This document shows positions 1 to 9,933 of a DNA stretch of 64,000 bases, piece after piece. The stretch comes from a bacterium (lineage in GTDB: Bacteria; Patescibacteriota; Minisyncoccia; UBA6257; 02-FULL-45-10c), in the NCBI GenBank assembly GCA_030646915.1, contig JAUSKT010000014.1:30409-94408 (forward strand). The letters run 5' to 3'. The notes under the pieces are model-generated. The model saw only the letters and a list, made by a program, of their open reading frames with translations. It searched no databases and was not told where the DNA came from. The position numbers and the translations under genes are program-made. Positions within the stretch are counted from its first letter, which is position 1, and each line of letters begins with the position of its first letter.

Positions 1-4
1 AAAA

Positions 5-1183
5 ATGGCAATGGAAAAATATTTTATAGTTAATACCGGCAGCGCGTCTAAAAAATACGCTCTTTACGCCGGAAAGAAAAAATTGTTTTTTGCCCACTTA
101 GAAAAAGAGAAGGGAAATTTTGTTATGACCATTGTTGACCGCGCCAAAACAAAAAAAATGGCAATTTCCCGGCAGAATTTTATTCATAGCATTAAATATC
201 TTGTGCAATTGCTGATTTCCCAAAAAGTGATTGCCGATAAAAAGGAAATTATCGGAATCGGAATGCGCATAGTGGCTCCGGGGACTTATTTTCAAAAACA
301 TAGGCGCATAGACGAAAATTATTTTATTAAATTAAATAAAGAAAAATCCGAAGCCCCACTGCATCTTATTCCGATTATTGAAGAAATCAAGGCCATTCGC
401 AAAGTTTTTCCGGGAGCGCCTTTGATTGGAGTTTCAGACAGCGCGTTTCACTCGTCTCTTCCGGACCATTCCCGGCTTTATGCTTTGCCGACAGCGATTG
501 CCGGCAAGCTGGATATCCGCCGTTTCGGATTTCATGGAATTTCTCTGCAGTCTCTTCTTAAAAAAATAAAAATTCTTTTTGGGGAGGCGCCGGCACGGAT
601 TATTATTTGCCATTTGGGAAGTGGATCAAGCATTACGGCGATTAAGAATGGAAAAAGCCTGGATACTTCAATGGGCTTTACGCCGCTGGAAGGCCTTCCT
701 ATGGGGACCAGAGTCGGGGATATTGATGCCGGCGCTGTGATTTATTTGGCGCAAAAAAATAAATTGAATTTTAATCAATTGGAAAAATATCTTAATTCCA
801 GTTGCGGCTTTTTAGGTTTAAGCGGAAAAACCGGAGATGTCCGGGAACTGCTTGATTTGGAAAAGCGGAATAATAAAAAAGCGGCTCTGGCCTTGGAAAC
901 TTTTGTTTATAAAATTCAAAAATATATCGGAGCGTACATTGCCGCGCTTAACGGCTTGGATCTTTTGGTTTTTTCCGCCACTATCGGAGAAAGATCTTTT
1001 ATTATGCGTTCCCGGATTTGCCGAAATCTTGATCAGCTTGGAATTTTATTGGACGAGAAAAAGAATACTTGGGCCGTTAGCAGGGACGGGTTTATTAATA
1101 AAAAATCAGCGCGGGTTAAAATAGTCGTTCTAACCACCGATGAAATGGAAGAAATCGCTAATCAGACAATAAAAATATTATGA
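5..1183 (+). CDS. ackA: acetate kinase
   Basis: 392-aa ORF with ASKHA-type N-terminal phosphate loop ([14 protein letters not shown]) and internal GFHGIS / CHLGSGSS motifs typical of acetate/propionate kinases. Confidence 0.85.
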   Translation: MAMEKYFIVNTGSASKKYALYAGKKKLFFAHLEKEKGNFVMTIVDRAKTKKMAISRQNFIHSIKYLVQLLISQKVIADKKEIIGIGMRIVAPGTYFQKHRRIDENYFIKLNKEKSEAPLHLIPIIEEIKAIRKVFPGAPLIGVSDSAFHSSLPDHSRLYALPTAIAGKLDIRRFGFHGISLQSLLKKIKILFGEAPARIIICHLGSGSSITAIKNGKSLDTSMGFTPLEGLPMGTRVGDIDAGAVIYLAQKNKLNFNQLEKYLNSSCGFLGLSGKTGDVRELLDLEKRNNKKAALALETFVYKIQKYIGAYIAALNGLDLLVFSATIGERSFIMRSRICRNLDQLGILLDEKKNTWAVSRDGFINKKSARVKIVVLTTDEMEEIANQTIKIL

Positions 1184-3537
1184 AACAAAAAAAGACATTT
1201 ATAGTAAGAGGAATGGATTGCGCTTCATGCGCTTTGACTATTGAAAGAGCATTGAAAGAAATGCCGGAATTGTCATCGACTAATGTCAATTACGCGACCG
1301 AAAAAGCGGTGGTTGAAAGCAGTGATATGATTGACGGAGAAAAAATAATCGCAAAAGTTAAAGATAAAACCGGTTATGAATTAGTGGAAGAGCAATCTTT
1401 GGCGCCTAGCCACGAGGGTCATCAAATGGGAGGTCCCGCCTCCGCTGAAGCTCCGGCGGGCGAGCATGACCACGCCAAAATGCTAAAGCAAGAAGAAATT
1501 AAAAAGCTCTGGAATAAATTTTTTATTGGAGCAGTTTTATCCGGCATTATTATATTTTTAAGTTTGCCAGATTATTTTCCGTTTATAGCCGATTTTTTGC
1601 CGAGGAGCGCGCGATTTTTCTTGCTGATGATTTTGGCAACGCCGGTAGAATTTTGGGTAGGCAAGCAGTTTTGGATCAGCAGTTGGGCATCAATTAAGCG
1701 CTGGAATGTAAGCATGGATACTTTGGTGGCGCTTGGAACCGGCGCGGCCTATTTTTCCGGCGTAGCAATAACTTTTTTGGAAGTTGCTAATATGCAGTCA
1801 CAAATAAAATTAGACGTGTATTTTGATGTGGCGGCGGTAGTTATCACTTTAGTGATTTTGGGGAAATATTTGGAAGCAAAAGCCAAGGGTTCCGCCTCGG
1901 AAGCCATAAAAAAACTTTTGAAATTGCAAGCAAAAACCGCCCATCTTTTACATGAAGGCAAGCACGAGATGGAAGTGCCGATTGAAGAAGTTAAAGCTGG
2001 AGATATTCTTATCGTGAAACCGGGAGAAAAAATTCCAGTGGACGGAATTATTATTGAAGGCGTGGCGACTTTGGATGAATCAATGGTTACTGGCGAATCC
2101 TTGCCGGTTGATAAGAAAGAGGGTGATGCGGTTATTGGGGCGACCATAAATAAAACTTCCAGCTTTAAAATGAAAGCGACAAAAGTCGGTAAAGATTCTT
2201 TCTTATCGCAAATAGTCGCTATGGTTGAGGCAGCTCAAGCTAGCCGCGCGCCAATTCAGAAACTGGCCGATCTAGTAGTCTCTTATTTTGTTCCGGCGGT
2301 ATTAATAATGGCAGCGGCTACTTTTGTTATTTGGCTTATTTTTGGAGAGTCCCAGGCGCTTTCTTTCGCGCTGGTGAATTCCATCGCGGTGCTGGTGGTG
2401 GCTTGTCCTTGCGCTATGGGTTTGGCGACTCCGACTTCCATTATGGTTGGCACTGGCAAGGCGGCCGAGCATGGGATCATTATCCGCGATGCCGAAGCGC
2501 TGGAATTGGCTGGTAAGGTGGATGCGGTGGTTTTAGATAAAACCGGCACTATTACAAAAGGAGAACCGTCCGTAACTGATGTAGTTGCATTTTTAGAGGA
2601 TGATAAAAATAAAGTTGTGCAATACGCCGCATCTTTGGAAAAATTATCTGAACATCCGATTGCGCAATCTGTTGTTGCTTATGCGGCAAGTTTAGGATCT
2701 CTTTCATCACATCCACTGGATAAAGCCGTGAAAGCTGCCGCGGAAAGGAAGCAACTTTACGCAGTGAAGAATTTTAGCGCTATTCCCGGGCAGGGTATTG
2801 AAGGAGATGTTGCAACAGACAAGGGCGATAAAAAACTTTTTTTTGGGAATGCGGCTTTGATGCAATCAAAAAAAATTGATATTTCAACTAAGCAGGAATT
2901 AATTGAAAAATTAGAAAATGACGGCAAAACTCTTTTGCTTCTTGCCGATAATCAAGTGCTTCTTGGAATCATTGCTGTGGCAGACACTATTAAACCAACT
3001 GCCAAAGAAGCTATCCAAAAATTGCGTTCCCTTGGCTTAGAGGTATGGCTGATTACCGGCGATAATGAGCGGACCGCGCGCGCGATCGCGCAAATTGTCG
3101 GCATTGATAAGGTAATGGCGCGAGTTTTGCCTCAGGATAAAGCAAATAAAATAAAAGAATTGCAGGCTCGCGGTAAAAAAGTGGCGATGGTTGGCGACGG
3201 GATTAATGACGCGCCAGCGCTTACACAGGCAGATGTCGGCATTGCCATTGGCACTGGAACGGACATTGCGATTGAATCCGCGGATATTACTTTGGTGGCG
3301 GGGGATCCGCTGGGAGTGGCTAATGCCATTATGATCAGCCGGAAAACTCTTACTAATATCAAGCAGAATTTGTTTTGGGCTTTTATTTATAACATTCTTT
3401 TGATTCCGGTGGCCGCGGGCATTTTTTGGCCTTTATGGGGAATTCTTTTAAATCCGATTTTAGCCGGCGCGGCAATGGCTTTTTCTTCTTTATCCGTGGT
3501 TTTAAATTCCTTACGATTAAAAAAAATTAAGTTGTAA
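1180..3537 (+). CDS. copA: copper-translocating P1B-type ATPase
   Basis: N-terminal HMA domain (GMDCASC), His-rich linker, CPC membrane motif ([12 protein letters not shown]), DKTGT phosphorylation site, GDGINDAP hinge; start overlaps ackA stop by 4 nt. Confidence 0.92.
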   Translation: MKQKKTFIVRGMDCASCALTIERALKEMPELSSTNVNYATEKAVVESSDMIDGEKIIAKVKDKTGYELVEEQSLAPSHEGHQMGGPASAEAPAGEHDHAKMLKQEEIKKLWNKFFIGAVLSGIIIFLSLPDYFPFIADFLPRSARFFLLMILATPVEFWVGKQFWISSWASIKRWNVSMDTLVALGTGAAYFSGVAITFLEVANMQSQIKLDVYFDVAAVVITLVILGKYLEAKAKGSASEAIKKLLKLQAKTAHLLHEGKHEMEVPIEEVKAGDILIVKPGEKIPVDGIIIEGVATLDESMVTGESLPVDKKEGDAVIGATINKTSSFKMKATKVGKDSFLSQIVAMVEAAQASRAPIQKLADLVVSYFVPAVLIMAAATFVIWLIFGESQALSFALVNSIAVLVVACPCAMGLATPTSIMVGTGKAAEHGIIIRDAEALELAGKVDAVVLDKTGTITKGEPSVTDVVAFLEDDKNKVVQYAASLEKLSEHPIAQSVVAYAASLGSLSSHPLDKAVKAAAERKQLYAVKNFSAIPGQGIEGDVATDKGDKKLFFGNAALMQSKKIDISTKQELIEKLENDGKTLLLLADNQVLLGIIAVADTIKPTAKEAIQKLRSLGLEVWLITGDNERTARAIAQIVGIDKVMARVLPQDKANKIKELQARGKKVAMVGDGINDAPALTQADVGIAIGTGTDIAIESADITLVAGDPLGVANAIMISRKTLTNIKQNLFWAFIYNILLIPVAAGIFWPLWGILLNPILAGAAMAFSSLSVVLNSLRLKKIKL

Positions 3538-3570
3538 AAAAATTGGAAATATGTCAAAATAAATTCCATT

Positions 3571-4287
3571 ATGGATAATGCAAAATTTAGACAATATCAA
3601 ATTCATAAAGAAGAAAAATTGGCTGAATTAAAGGTATTACGTTGGAAAAAACTTGCGCGCAGATTAGGAATTTGGTCATTAGGATTTTTGTTTTTAGGCG
3701 GCGCCGGTTTTGGCATGGTTCGGCTCGCGACTGCCCCAAAATCGGAACTATTACTTGCATCCGCCGTGTCTGCCACGGACCAGTCTAAGGGGAATAAAGA
3801 ATCCCTGGTAGTTTTAGCGGAATATAGCGATTTTCAATGCCCGGCTTGTGCGACTTATTATCCAGTAGTGGAAAAAATAATTGAGGAATTTGGCGATAAA
3901 ATTCAATTTGTATACAGGCATTTTCCACTGCCTCAGCATCAACAGGCAAAATTAGCGGCTTACGCCGCGGAAGCTGCTGGCCGGCAGGGTAAGTTTTGGG
4001 AAATGCATGATTTAATCTTTGGCGGACAAAAAGATTGGGCGGGTAATAAAGATTCCCAAGAAATTTTTGAAAATTACGCGAAGGCGCTTAAATTAGATCT
4101 GGAAAAATTCAAGCAAGATTTGGATTCTGAAGAGATAAAGGAGAAAGTAAACAATGATTATAAGAGCGGCTTAAATAGTGGCGTTAATTCCACCCCGACT
4201 TTCTTTTTAAACGGAAAACAATTGCAGAACCCCAGAAGTTACGAAGAGTTCCAGAATATCATATTTAATGCAACCTCTAATTTTTAG
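3571..4287 (+). CDS. membrane-anchored DsbA-family thiol:disulfide oxidoreductase
   Basis: one N-terminal TM helix followed by thioredoxin fold with CPAC active site (FQCPACATYYP). Confidence 0.8.
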   Translation: MDNAKFRQYQIHKEEKLAELKVLRWKKLARRLGIWSLGFLFLGGAGFGMVRLATAPKSELLLASAVSATDQSKGNKESLVVLAEYSDFQCPACATYYPVVEKIIEEFGDKIQFVYRHFPLPQHQQAKLAAYAAEAAGRQGKFWEMHDLIFGGQKDWAGNKDSQEIFENYAKALKLDLEKFKQDLDSEEIKEKVNNDYKSGLNSGVNSTPTFFLNGKQLQNPRSYEEFQNIIFNATSNF

Positions 4288-4708
4288 GCGCATTGCGTAC
4301 GCGATGCTCGCTGCCAGTTTTATAGGATTTTTAGACGCGTCTTATCTTACCGCAGCCCATTATTTTAATTTTTCCCTTCCATGCTCCATTCTTAGTGGCT
4401 GCGATTTAGTTATCACTAGCGAGTATTCAAAGATATTGGGGATTCCGGTAGCGCTTTTAGGGGCGATCTATTATTCATTTATTTTTTTCGCTAGTATTGC
4501 GTATTTAGATGCTGGTAATTCATTCATTATTAAATTAGTCGCATACGCGACGATCTTAGGTTTTCTGGCTTCTCTTTGGTTTGTTTATGTTCAGCTCTTT
4601 ATACTCAATGCGCTTTGTCTGTATTGCATAATTTCCGCAATAACTTCGACGGCGTTATTTATATTAGGGATGAGATTTTTGGCCGAGAAGAGAATCACTG
4701 TGGTATAA
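4268..4708 (+). CDS. vitamin K epoxide reductase (VKOR) family protein
   Basis: polytopic membrane protein with loop cysteine pair (CSILSGC) and CLYC redox motif in last helix; overlaps the DsbA-like gene by 20 nt. Confidence 0.75.
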   Translation: MQPLIFRRIAYAMLAASFIGFLDASYLTAAHYFNFSLPCSILSGCDLVITSEYSKILGIPVALLGAIYYSFIFFASIAYLDAGNSFIIKLVAYATILGFLASLWFVYVQLFILNALCLYCIISAITSTALFILGMRFLAEKRITVV

Positions 4709-4744
4709 TTAAATTAAAGGTCAAAAATTAAGTAATTTATTTTC

Positions 4745-5128
4745 ATGGAAAATTTGAAGAAAATAGAATGGGTTTTGCGAATTGCCGTGGCTGGTGAATT
4801 TTTCGGGCATGGCATATTTGCTCTTCAGGGTAAAAAGGATTGGATTGGCTGGTTTGCGAATTTTGGCGTTTCTGACGTTGGCACAGCTACTACGTTTCTT
4901 TTTTGGGTTGGGGCGATGGATGTGCTTTTAGCAATTTTGGTTTTAGTAAAGCCGGTTCGTTTGGCGCTTTTATGGATGGTATTTTGGGGATTTTGGACCG
5001 CGCTTATTCGACCCTTGGTTGGAATGCCGATTTGGGATTTTGTGGAGCGCTGGGCAAACTGGGGCGCGCCGTTGTCATTACTATTATTAGTGGGCTGGCC
5101 AAAAAATTGGAAAGAGTGGTTTAAATAA
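4745..5128 (+). CDS. integral membrane protein (possibly DoxX-like)
   Basis: 127-aa ORF with 4 predicted hydrophobic helices, Trp/Gly rich; family assignment weak. Confidence 0.4.
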   Translation: MENLKKIEWVLRIAVAGEFFGHGIFALQGKKDWIGWFANFGVSDVGTATTFLFWVGAMDVLLAILVLVKPVRLALLWMVFWGFWTALIRPLVGMPIWDFVERWANWGAPLSLLLLVGWPKNWKEWFK

Positions 5129-5163
5129 AATTAAAAGTCGTAAATTTAATTTAAAAAATATTT

Positions 5164-5640
5164 ATGTCACAAATTGAAAAAGTAAGTTTATTTGCATTAA
5201 GGATTTCAATGGGCTGGCTGATGTTTTATGCCGGCATTACTAAAGTTTTAGATCCGTCATGGAGCGCTGCCGGTTATCTGGTAAATGCTAAAACTTTTGC
5301 CGGATTTTATCAGTGGCTGACCCAGCCGGGCATTTTGCCGGCAATTAATTTTGTAAATGAGTGGGGATTAACTTTGTTAGGAATTTCTTTATTGTTAGGC
5401 ATTGGGGTCAGGCTGTCTTCGGTTTTGGGCGCTTTATTAATGCTTCTTTATTATATTCCGATTTTAGATTTTCCTTACCCGAATCCGCATTCTTATATAG
5501 TAGATGAGCATATTATTTATATTTTCGTGCTGCTCTTTTTTGCCGCAGTTAAAGCCGGGCGGGCTTATGGTTTAGAGGAGTGGTGTTCTAATTTGCCGAT
5601 TTGTTCAAAATTCCCCAAGCTGCGGAATTGGCTTGGTTAA
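5164..5640 (+). CDS. DoxX family membrane protein
   Basis: 158 aa; N-terminal FALRISMGWLMFYAGITKV resembles the DoxX/DoxD signature; 4 TM helices. Confidence 0.7.
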   Translation: MSQIEKVSLFALRISMGWLMFYAGITKVLDPSWSAAGYLVNAKTFAGFYQWLTQPGILPAINFVNEWGLTLLGISLLLGIGVRLSSVLGALLMLLYYIPILDFPYPNPHSYIVDEHIIYIFVLLFFAAVKAGRAYGLEEWCSNLPICSKFPKLRNWLG

Positions 5641-5674
5641 ATTATAAAAATAATAAAAGATATAAATAAAATTT

Positions 5675-5824
5675 ATGATGCAAAATTTTTGGAACATGAT
5701 GGGGTATGGGGGATATAGTGGCGGTTGCGGCTTATTTGGCGGCACAGGCTTTATCACCATGCTTTTGGTATGGATTGTACTTGCGTTGGTCATTGCCATG
5801 CTTTGGAAAAATTTAAATAAGTAA
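5675..5824 (+). CDS. small Gly-rich membrane protein (49 aa, below ORF-track cutoff)
   Basis: hand-translated: MMQNFWNMMGYGGYSGGCGLFGGTGFITMLLVWIVLALVIAMLWKNLNK; one clear TM helix; same strand as neighbours; preferred over the antisense track ORF 5605..5799. Confidence 0.4.
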   Translation: MMQNFWNMMGYGGYSGGCGLFGGTGFITMLLVWIVLALVIAMLWKNLNK

Positions 5825-5826
5825 TT

Positions 5827-6588
5827 GTGTTTGAACTCAGAAATAAAGTTGCTTTAGTGACGGGTGCGCGGCGGGGCATGGGAAGATCCCATGCGCTTGC
5901 GCTTGCTAAACAAGGAGCAAAAGTCGCGGTTACTGATATTGATTTGGCTGAATGCCAGCAAGTGGTTGATGAAATAAAAGCCGGAGGCGGAGAGGCGATT
6001 TGTTTTAAATTGGATGTTTCTAAAGCGGTGGAGGTAAATCAAGTTTTTGACGAAGTAATTAAATATTTCGGCCGATTGGATATTTTAGTCAATAATGCCG
6101 GGATTTATTTTTCAAAGCCGGCGCTTGAACTTAGTGAAGAAGAATGGGATAAAACGATTGATATAAATTTAAAAGGAGAATTTCTTTGCGCCCAAAGAGC
6201 GGCAAAAGAAATGGCAAAAAATAAGTGGGGCCGGATTATTAATATCGCTTCCGTCGCTTCGGGCGGAGTTGGTATCGGCATTTCTGGCGGGGCGCATTAC
6301 ACTGCTTCCAAGGGCGGAATTATCGGAATGACAGAAACTTTGGCGGATGAGTGGGCGTCGATGGGGATAACTGTTAATGCTATCGGCCCGGGCGCTATTG
6401 ATACTCCAATGGTGGCAGCTTCACAAATACCAGAAGAAGCGATGAAAGCTATGCTAGCCAGCGTTCCGCTTAAAAGAATCGGCAAATCGGAAGAGGTTTC
6501 GGCTGCTGTGGTTTTTTTGGCTTCGGAAGAAGCGAGTTATGTCACTGGCGCCACGCTTTATGTTGACGGCGGCTGGCTTGCCGCTTAA
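5827..6588 (+). CDS. short-chain dehydrogenase/reductase (FabG-like)
   Basis: GTG start; TGARRGMG cofactor loop, NNAG, and YTASKGG (YxxxK) catalytic motif. Confidence 0.85.
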   Translation: MFELRNKVALVTGARRGMGRSHALALAKQGAKVAVTDIDLAECQQVVDEIKAGGGEAICFKLDVSKAVEVNQVFDEVIKYFGRLDILVNNAGIYFSKPALELSEEEWDKTIDINLKGEFLCAQRAAKEMAKNKWGRIINIASVASGGVGIGISGGAHYTASKGGIIGMTETLADEWASMGITVNAIGPGAIDTPMVAASQIPEEAMKAMLASVPLKRIGKSEEVSAAVVFLASEEASYVTGATLYVDGGWLAA

Positions 6589-6624
6589 GGCAGTTTATAA
6601 AGTGAATAATGGTAAAATAAAAGA

Positions 6625-7599
6625 ATGCACGATTCGATTAAAAATTTCCCTGAACAGTTCGAATATAGCCCGGTTATTGAGAATAGTAAAAAATTAAAAA
6701 GATTCAGCAAGTTTGTCCTAGTGGGGATGGGCGGATCGCATTTAGCGGGCGATCTTTTAAAGATTTGGAACCCCAAGTTAGAAGTTTTAATACACTCCAA
6801 TTATGGATTGCCGGAAAATTTGAAAAAGAATAAAAAAGATATTTTGATAATTTTGAGTTCTTATTCCGGAAATACTGAGGAAGTTTTAGACGCCTTTAGA
6901 TTGGCTTCAAGAAATAAATTAGAAATGGCAATTATCGCGTCGGGAGGAAAACTTTTAGAAGCGGCTAGAAAATATAAAAAACCCTACATTCAGCTTCCAA
7001 ATACTGGAATCCAGCCCCGCATGGCAACCGGTTTTGGATTTAGGGCATTGCTTAAGCTAATGGGCGAAAATAGAGGGCTTTCAGAATCTGCTCTTTTAGC
7101 TAAGTCTTTAAAATCTTTTGAGGCGGGACGGTACGGCAAGGCTTTGGCTAGGAAATTAAAAGGCCAGGTGCCGATTATTTATTCTTCTTATAAAAATTTT
7201 TCTATCGCAAAAAATTGGAAAATTAAATTCAATGAAACTGCCAAAATTCCCGCCTTCTGCAATTTTTTTCCGGAATTAAATCATAATGAAATGACAGGTT
7301 TTGATCTGAAAGATTCCACCCGGCCGCTTTCCCAGCGCTTTTATTTTTTATTTTTAAAAGATCCAGATGATTCCAAGCAAATGATAAAAAGGATGAATAT
7401 TACAGAAAGGCTTTACAGAGAGCGGGGATTGCCTACTGAAGTTGTGATTTTAAACGGAAAGAGTTCTTTGGCAAAGATTTTTTCTTCTTTGCTTTTAGCC
7501 GATTGGACTGCCTATTATCTTGCGGAAGAATATGGCGTAGATTCGGAGCAGGTTCCTATGGTAGAAGAATTTAAACGGCTTATAAAAAGCTTATTATAA
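6625..7599 (+). CDS. bifunctional phosphoglucose/phosphomannose isomerase (SIS domain)
   Basis: 324 aa; GMGGSHLAGD and SYSGNTEE SIS motifs; size and C-terminal region fit the PGI/PMI family. Confidence 0.75.
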   Translation: MHDSIKNFPEQFEYSPVIENSKKLKRFSKFVLVGMGGSHLAGDLLKIWNPKLEVLIHSNYGLPENLKKNKKDILIILSSYSGNTEEVLDAFRLASRNKLEMAIIASGGKLLEAARKYKKPYIQLPNTGIQPRMATGFGFRALLKLMGENRGLSESALLAKSLKSFEAGRYGKALARKLKGQVPIIYSSYKNFSIAKNWKIKFNETAKIPAFCNFFPELNHNEMTGFDLKDSTRPLSQRFYFLFLKDPDDSKQMIKRMNITERLYRERGLPTEVVILNGKSSLAKIFSSLLLADWTAYYLAEEYGVDSEQVPMVEEFKRLIKSLL

Positions 7600-7663
7600 G
7601 ACGATTGCTAATTTCTAAAAGCTATTTTAATCTATACATAAAGAACCTTGAAACAGGCAATTA

Positions 7664-8155
7664 ATGCCGGATCCGAACGATTGGCTGATAAAGCTTCCTT
7701 ATGATTTTTCTGATAAATCAAGAGATGAATGCGAGGCGGATGGCTGGGAAAGGATAGAAATTTATGACATACAGGTATTAAATGATAGAACTCTCTTAAA
7801 AGCGGCTATTGGGTCGCTTAATCCCAGGGATAGAGTCGCTCTTATTAAGAGATATAAAAATGATTTATTGGGTATTTTTGTTAATGTATGGGATGTCTTT
7901 GAACAAGGCGAGGTTTTCATCCAATGGTATAAAGACCCGGATACCCAAAATCCTTTTGGCGTAGCGATAAAAATTAACGGCAAGGGGTGGTTTGTTAAAG
8001 ATCCTGGAGATATTATAGATATTGATTTTGACGGGGAGCCGGTGCCGGGCAAAATAGCAGCTAAGATTAATGCGATGCGGTTTTCAATTATTCAAAGATC
8101 TAGTGGGATTTATAGAATTAAGAATTTTGTGGAAGTAGTCAGGGATGAAAGTTAG
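7664..8155 (+). CDS. hypothetical protein
   Basis: 163-aa ORF followed by a strong terminator; no family recognised. Confidence 0.5.
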   Translation: MPDPNDWLIKLPYDFSDKSRDECEADGWERIEIYDIQVLNDRTLLKAAIGSLNPRDRVALIKRYKNDLLGIFVNVWDVFEQGEVFIQWYKDPDTQNPFGVAIKINGKGWFVKDPGDIIDIDFDGEPVPGKIAAKINAMRFSIIQRSSGIYRIKNFVEVVRDES

Positions 8156-8181
8156 TCCTCCGCCAAGCGGAGGATTTTTTT
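8156..8181 (+). terminator. rho-independent terminator
   Basis: TCCTCCGC-CAA-GCGGAGGA stem-loop followed by T7; a TGgTATAAT extended -10 follows at 8183-8191. Confidence 0.8.
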
Positions 8182-8212
8182 ATGGTATAATATAAGTAAA
8201 TTAATTTATAAT

Positions 8213-9163
8213 ATGGAAACAAAAAAGAGTTCTCCGAAAGACGTTTTCTTGCATCTTTTATCAATAATCTCTTTATATATCAGCGCCGGCAGCTTGATTG
8301 CTTTGTGGTTTCAATATATTAACGTTTTGCTGCCGGATAAACTCGATTTTACTTCTTATTATTCTATTGCCGGATCAGTCCGCTGGGCGATGGCATCTTT
8401 AATGATAGTTTTTCCAGTTTATCTTTTGGTAAATTGGATGCTGAATCGGGATTATTCAGCAATGCCGGAAAAGCGCGAACTTAAGATTAGAAAGTGGCTG
8501 GTTCATTTCACTTTATTTTTAGCATCTTTGATTATTATTACTGACTTGGTAACGCTGGTTTATAATTTCTTAGGCGGAGATTTAACCGGAAGATTTTTAC
8601 TGAAAGTGGCGGCGATTCTTTTAGTGATTGGAACTATCTTTGGCTATTATCTCTGGGACTTGAGAAAACAATTCAGCAAGAGCCAGTTAAAAATTTTAAC
8701 TCTGGCAGTTTCCGCAGTGGTTTTAGGAAGCATAGTGGGCGGATTTTTTACCGCCGGTTCGCCCTTAAAAGCAAGATTATATAGGTTTGATGACCAGCGG
8801 ATCAGCGATTTGCAGGTTTTGCAAAACGAATTAATTAATTATTGGATTCAAAAAGACGCGTTGCCGGATTCTTTAGATAAATTAGCAAATAATATTACAG
8901 GATTTGCGCCTCCTAAAGATCCGGATTCTGGATCAAATTATTTATATAAAGTTTCAGGAAAGCTGATTTTTGAATTATGCGCTGACTTTAATCTGCCTTC
9001 GGCAAATAGCGTTTCTCGGACATTTAAAGCCGTGCCGGTTTATCCGTCTCCGGAAGGGCTGTATCAACAAAATTGGGATCATCCGGCCAGCCAGTATTGC
9101 TTCTCAAGGACTATTGATCCTGAATTATATAAATCTCAAAAGGCTTATTTAAAGCTAAGATAA
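8213..9163 (+). CDS. DUF5671-like membrane protein
   Basis: 316 aa; N-terminal SPKDVFLHLLSIISLYISAGSLIAL and 5-6 TM helices resemble DUF5671 proteins common in CPR genomes; soluble C-terminal domain. Confidence 0.55.
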   Translation: METKKSSPKDVFLHLLSIISLYISAGSLIALWFQYINVLLPDKLDFTSYYSIAGSVRWAMASLMIVFPVYLLVNWMLNRDYSAMPEKRELKIRKWLVHFTLFLASLIIITDLVTLVYNFLGGDLTGRFLLKVAAILLVIGTIFGYYLWDLRKQFSKSQLKILTLAVSAVVLGSIVGGFFTAGSPLKARLYRFDDQRISDLQVLQNELINYWIQKDALPDSLDKLANNITGFAPPKDPDSGSNYLYKVSGKLIFELCADFNLPSANSVSRTFKAVPVYPSPEGLYQQNWDHPASQYCFSRTIDPELYKSQKAYLKLR

Positions 9164-9175
9164 TTAATAAAAACA

Positions 9176-9844
9176 ATGAATGAGTTTTTAATATTAATTT
9201 TCCAATTAATCGTATTAATTTTTTCAGTGATGGTTCATGAAGTCTCCCATGGCTTGGTGGCTTATAAATTGGGGGATGATACGGCAAAAGTAATGGGGCG
9301 ATTGAATTTAAATCCTAAAAATCACTTGGATCCTTTCGGCTCTTTTTTACTTCCATTGACTCTGTTTTTGATTTCTAAAGGAAGTTTCGTGATCGGCTGG
9401 GCAAAACCAGTTCCTTATAATCCGAATAATTTGAAAAATCCGAAAATTGGCGCCGCTCTCATCGGCATTGCCGGTCCGGCTAGCAATTTAATGCTGGCGG
9501 TGATTTTTGGAATAGTTATCCGTTTATTGGCGCCTTTTTTGAATTTGCAGCCAGAAATTATGTCTGGCCAAATGACTTCCGGCCTGGGCTTTATTTTTCT
9601 TTTAAATATCATAGTTTTTGTGAATATTTTACTTGCAGTTTTTAATTTAGTTCCGATTCCGCCGCTGGACGGATCCAAATTATTATTCGCTCTGCTTCCC
9701 TACAGATACGCATCAGTACAGAAATTTTTAGAAGATTACGGAATGATGGTTTTACTATTCTTTATATTTTTCGGATTTAGCCTGATTTCGCCGCTAATTT
9801 ACGGGATCTATTCAGTTTTAGTAGGGCGGTGGGCTATTTTTTAG
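9176..9844 (+). CDS. site-2 protease (M50) family zinc metalloprotease
   Basis: HEVSHG (HExxH) in first TM helix and downstream LVPIPPLDGSKL motif. Confidence 0.8.
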   Translation: MNEFLILIFQLIVLIFSVMVHEVSHGLVAYKLGDDTAKVMGRLNLNPKNHLDPFGSFLLPLTLFLISKGSFVIGWAKPVPYNPNNLKNPKIGAALIGIAGPASNLMLAVIFGIVIRLLAPFLNLQPEIMSGQMTSGLGFIFLLNIIVFVNILLAVFNLVPIPPLDGSKLLFALLPYRYASVQKFLEDYGMMVLLFFIFFGFSLISPLIYGIYSVLVGRWAIF

Positions 9845-9863
9845 GTTTTCTCTGCTTAATTTT

Positions 9864-9889
9864 AATCGCTTGCCAAAAAGCGATTTTTT
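9864..9889 (+). terminator. rho-independent terminator
   Basis: AATCGCTT-GCCAAA-AAGCGATT stem-loop plus T-run. Confidence 0.65.
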
Positions 9890-9933
9890 GTTTATTCTGA
9901 TTTCAACTTTGAAAATTGAATAATGAATAAAGA

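Noticed and set aside
1749-3362. Several antisense or alternate-frame ORFs inside copA (1749..2147, 2283..2549, 2331..2516, 3132..3362). Similar ones occur inside fusA, tuf, rpsS, serS, the protease and the ATPase.
   Set aside because: They are fully embedded in well-supported genes, have low-complexity translations and resemble no known family. They are shadow ORFs.
5605-5799. Minus-strand 64-aa ORF.
   Set aside because: It is antisense to a plus-strand 49-aa ORF that has a clean TM helix and is co-oriented with all neighbours. It has a proline-rich low-complexity translation and no start context.
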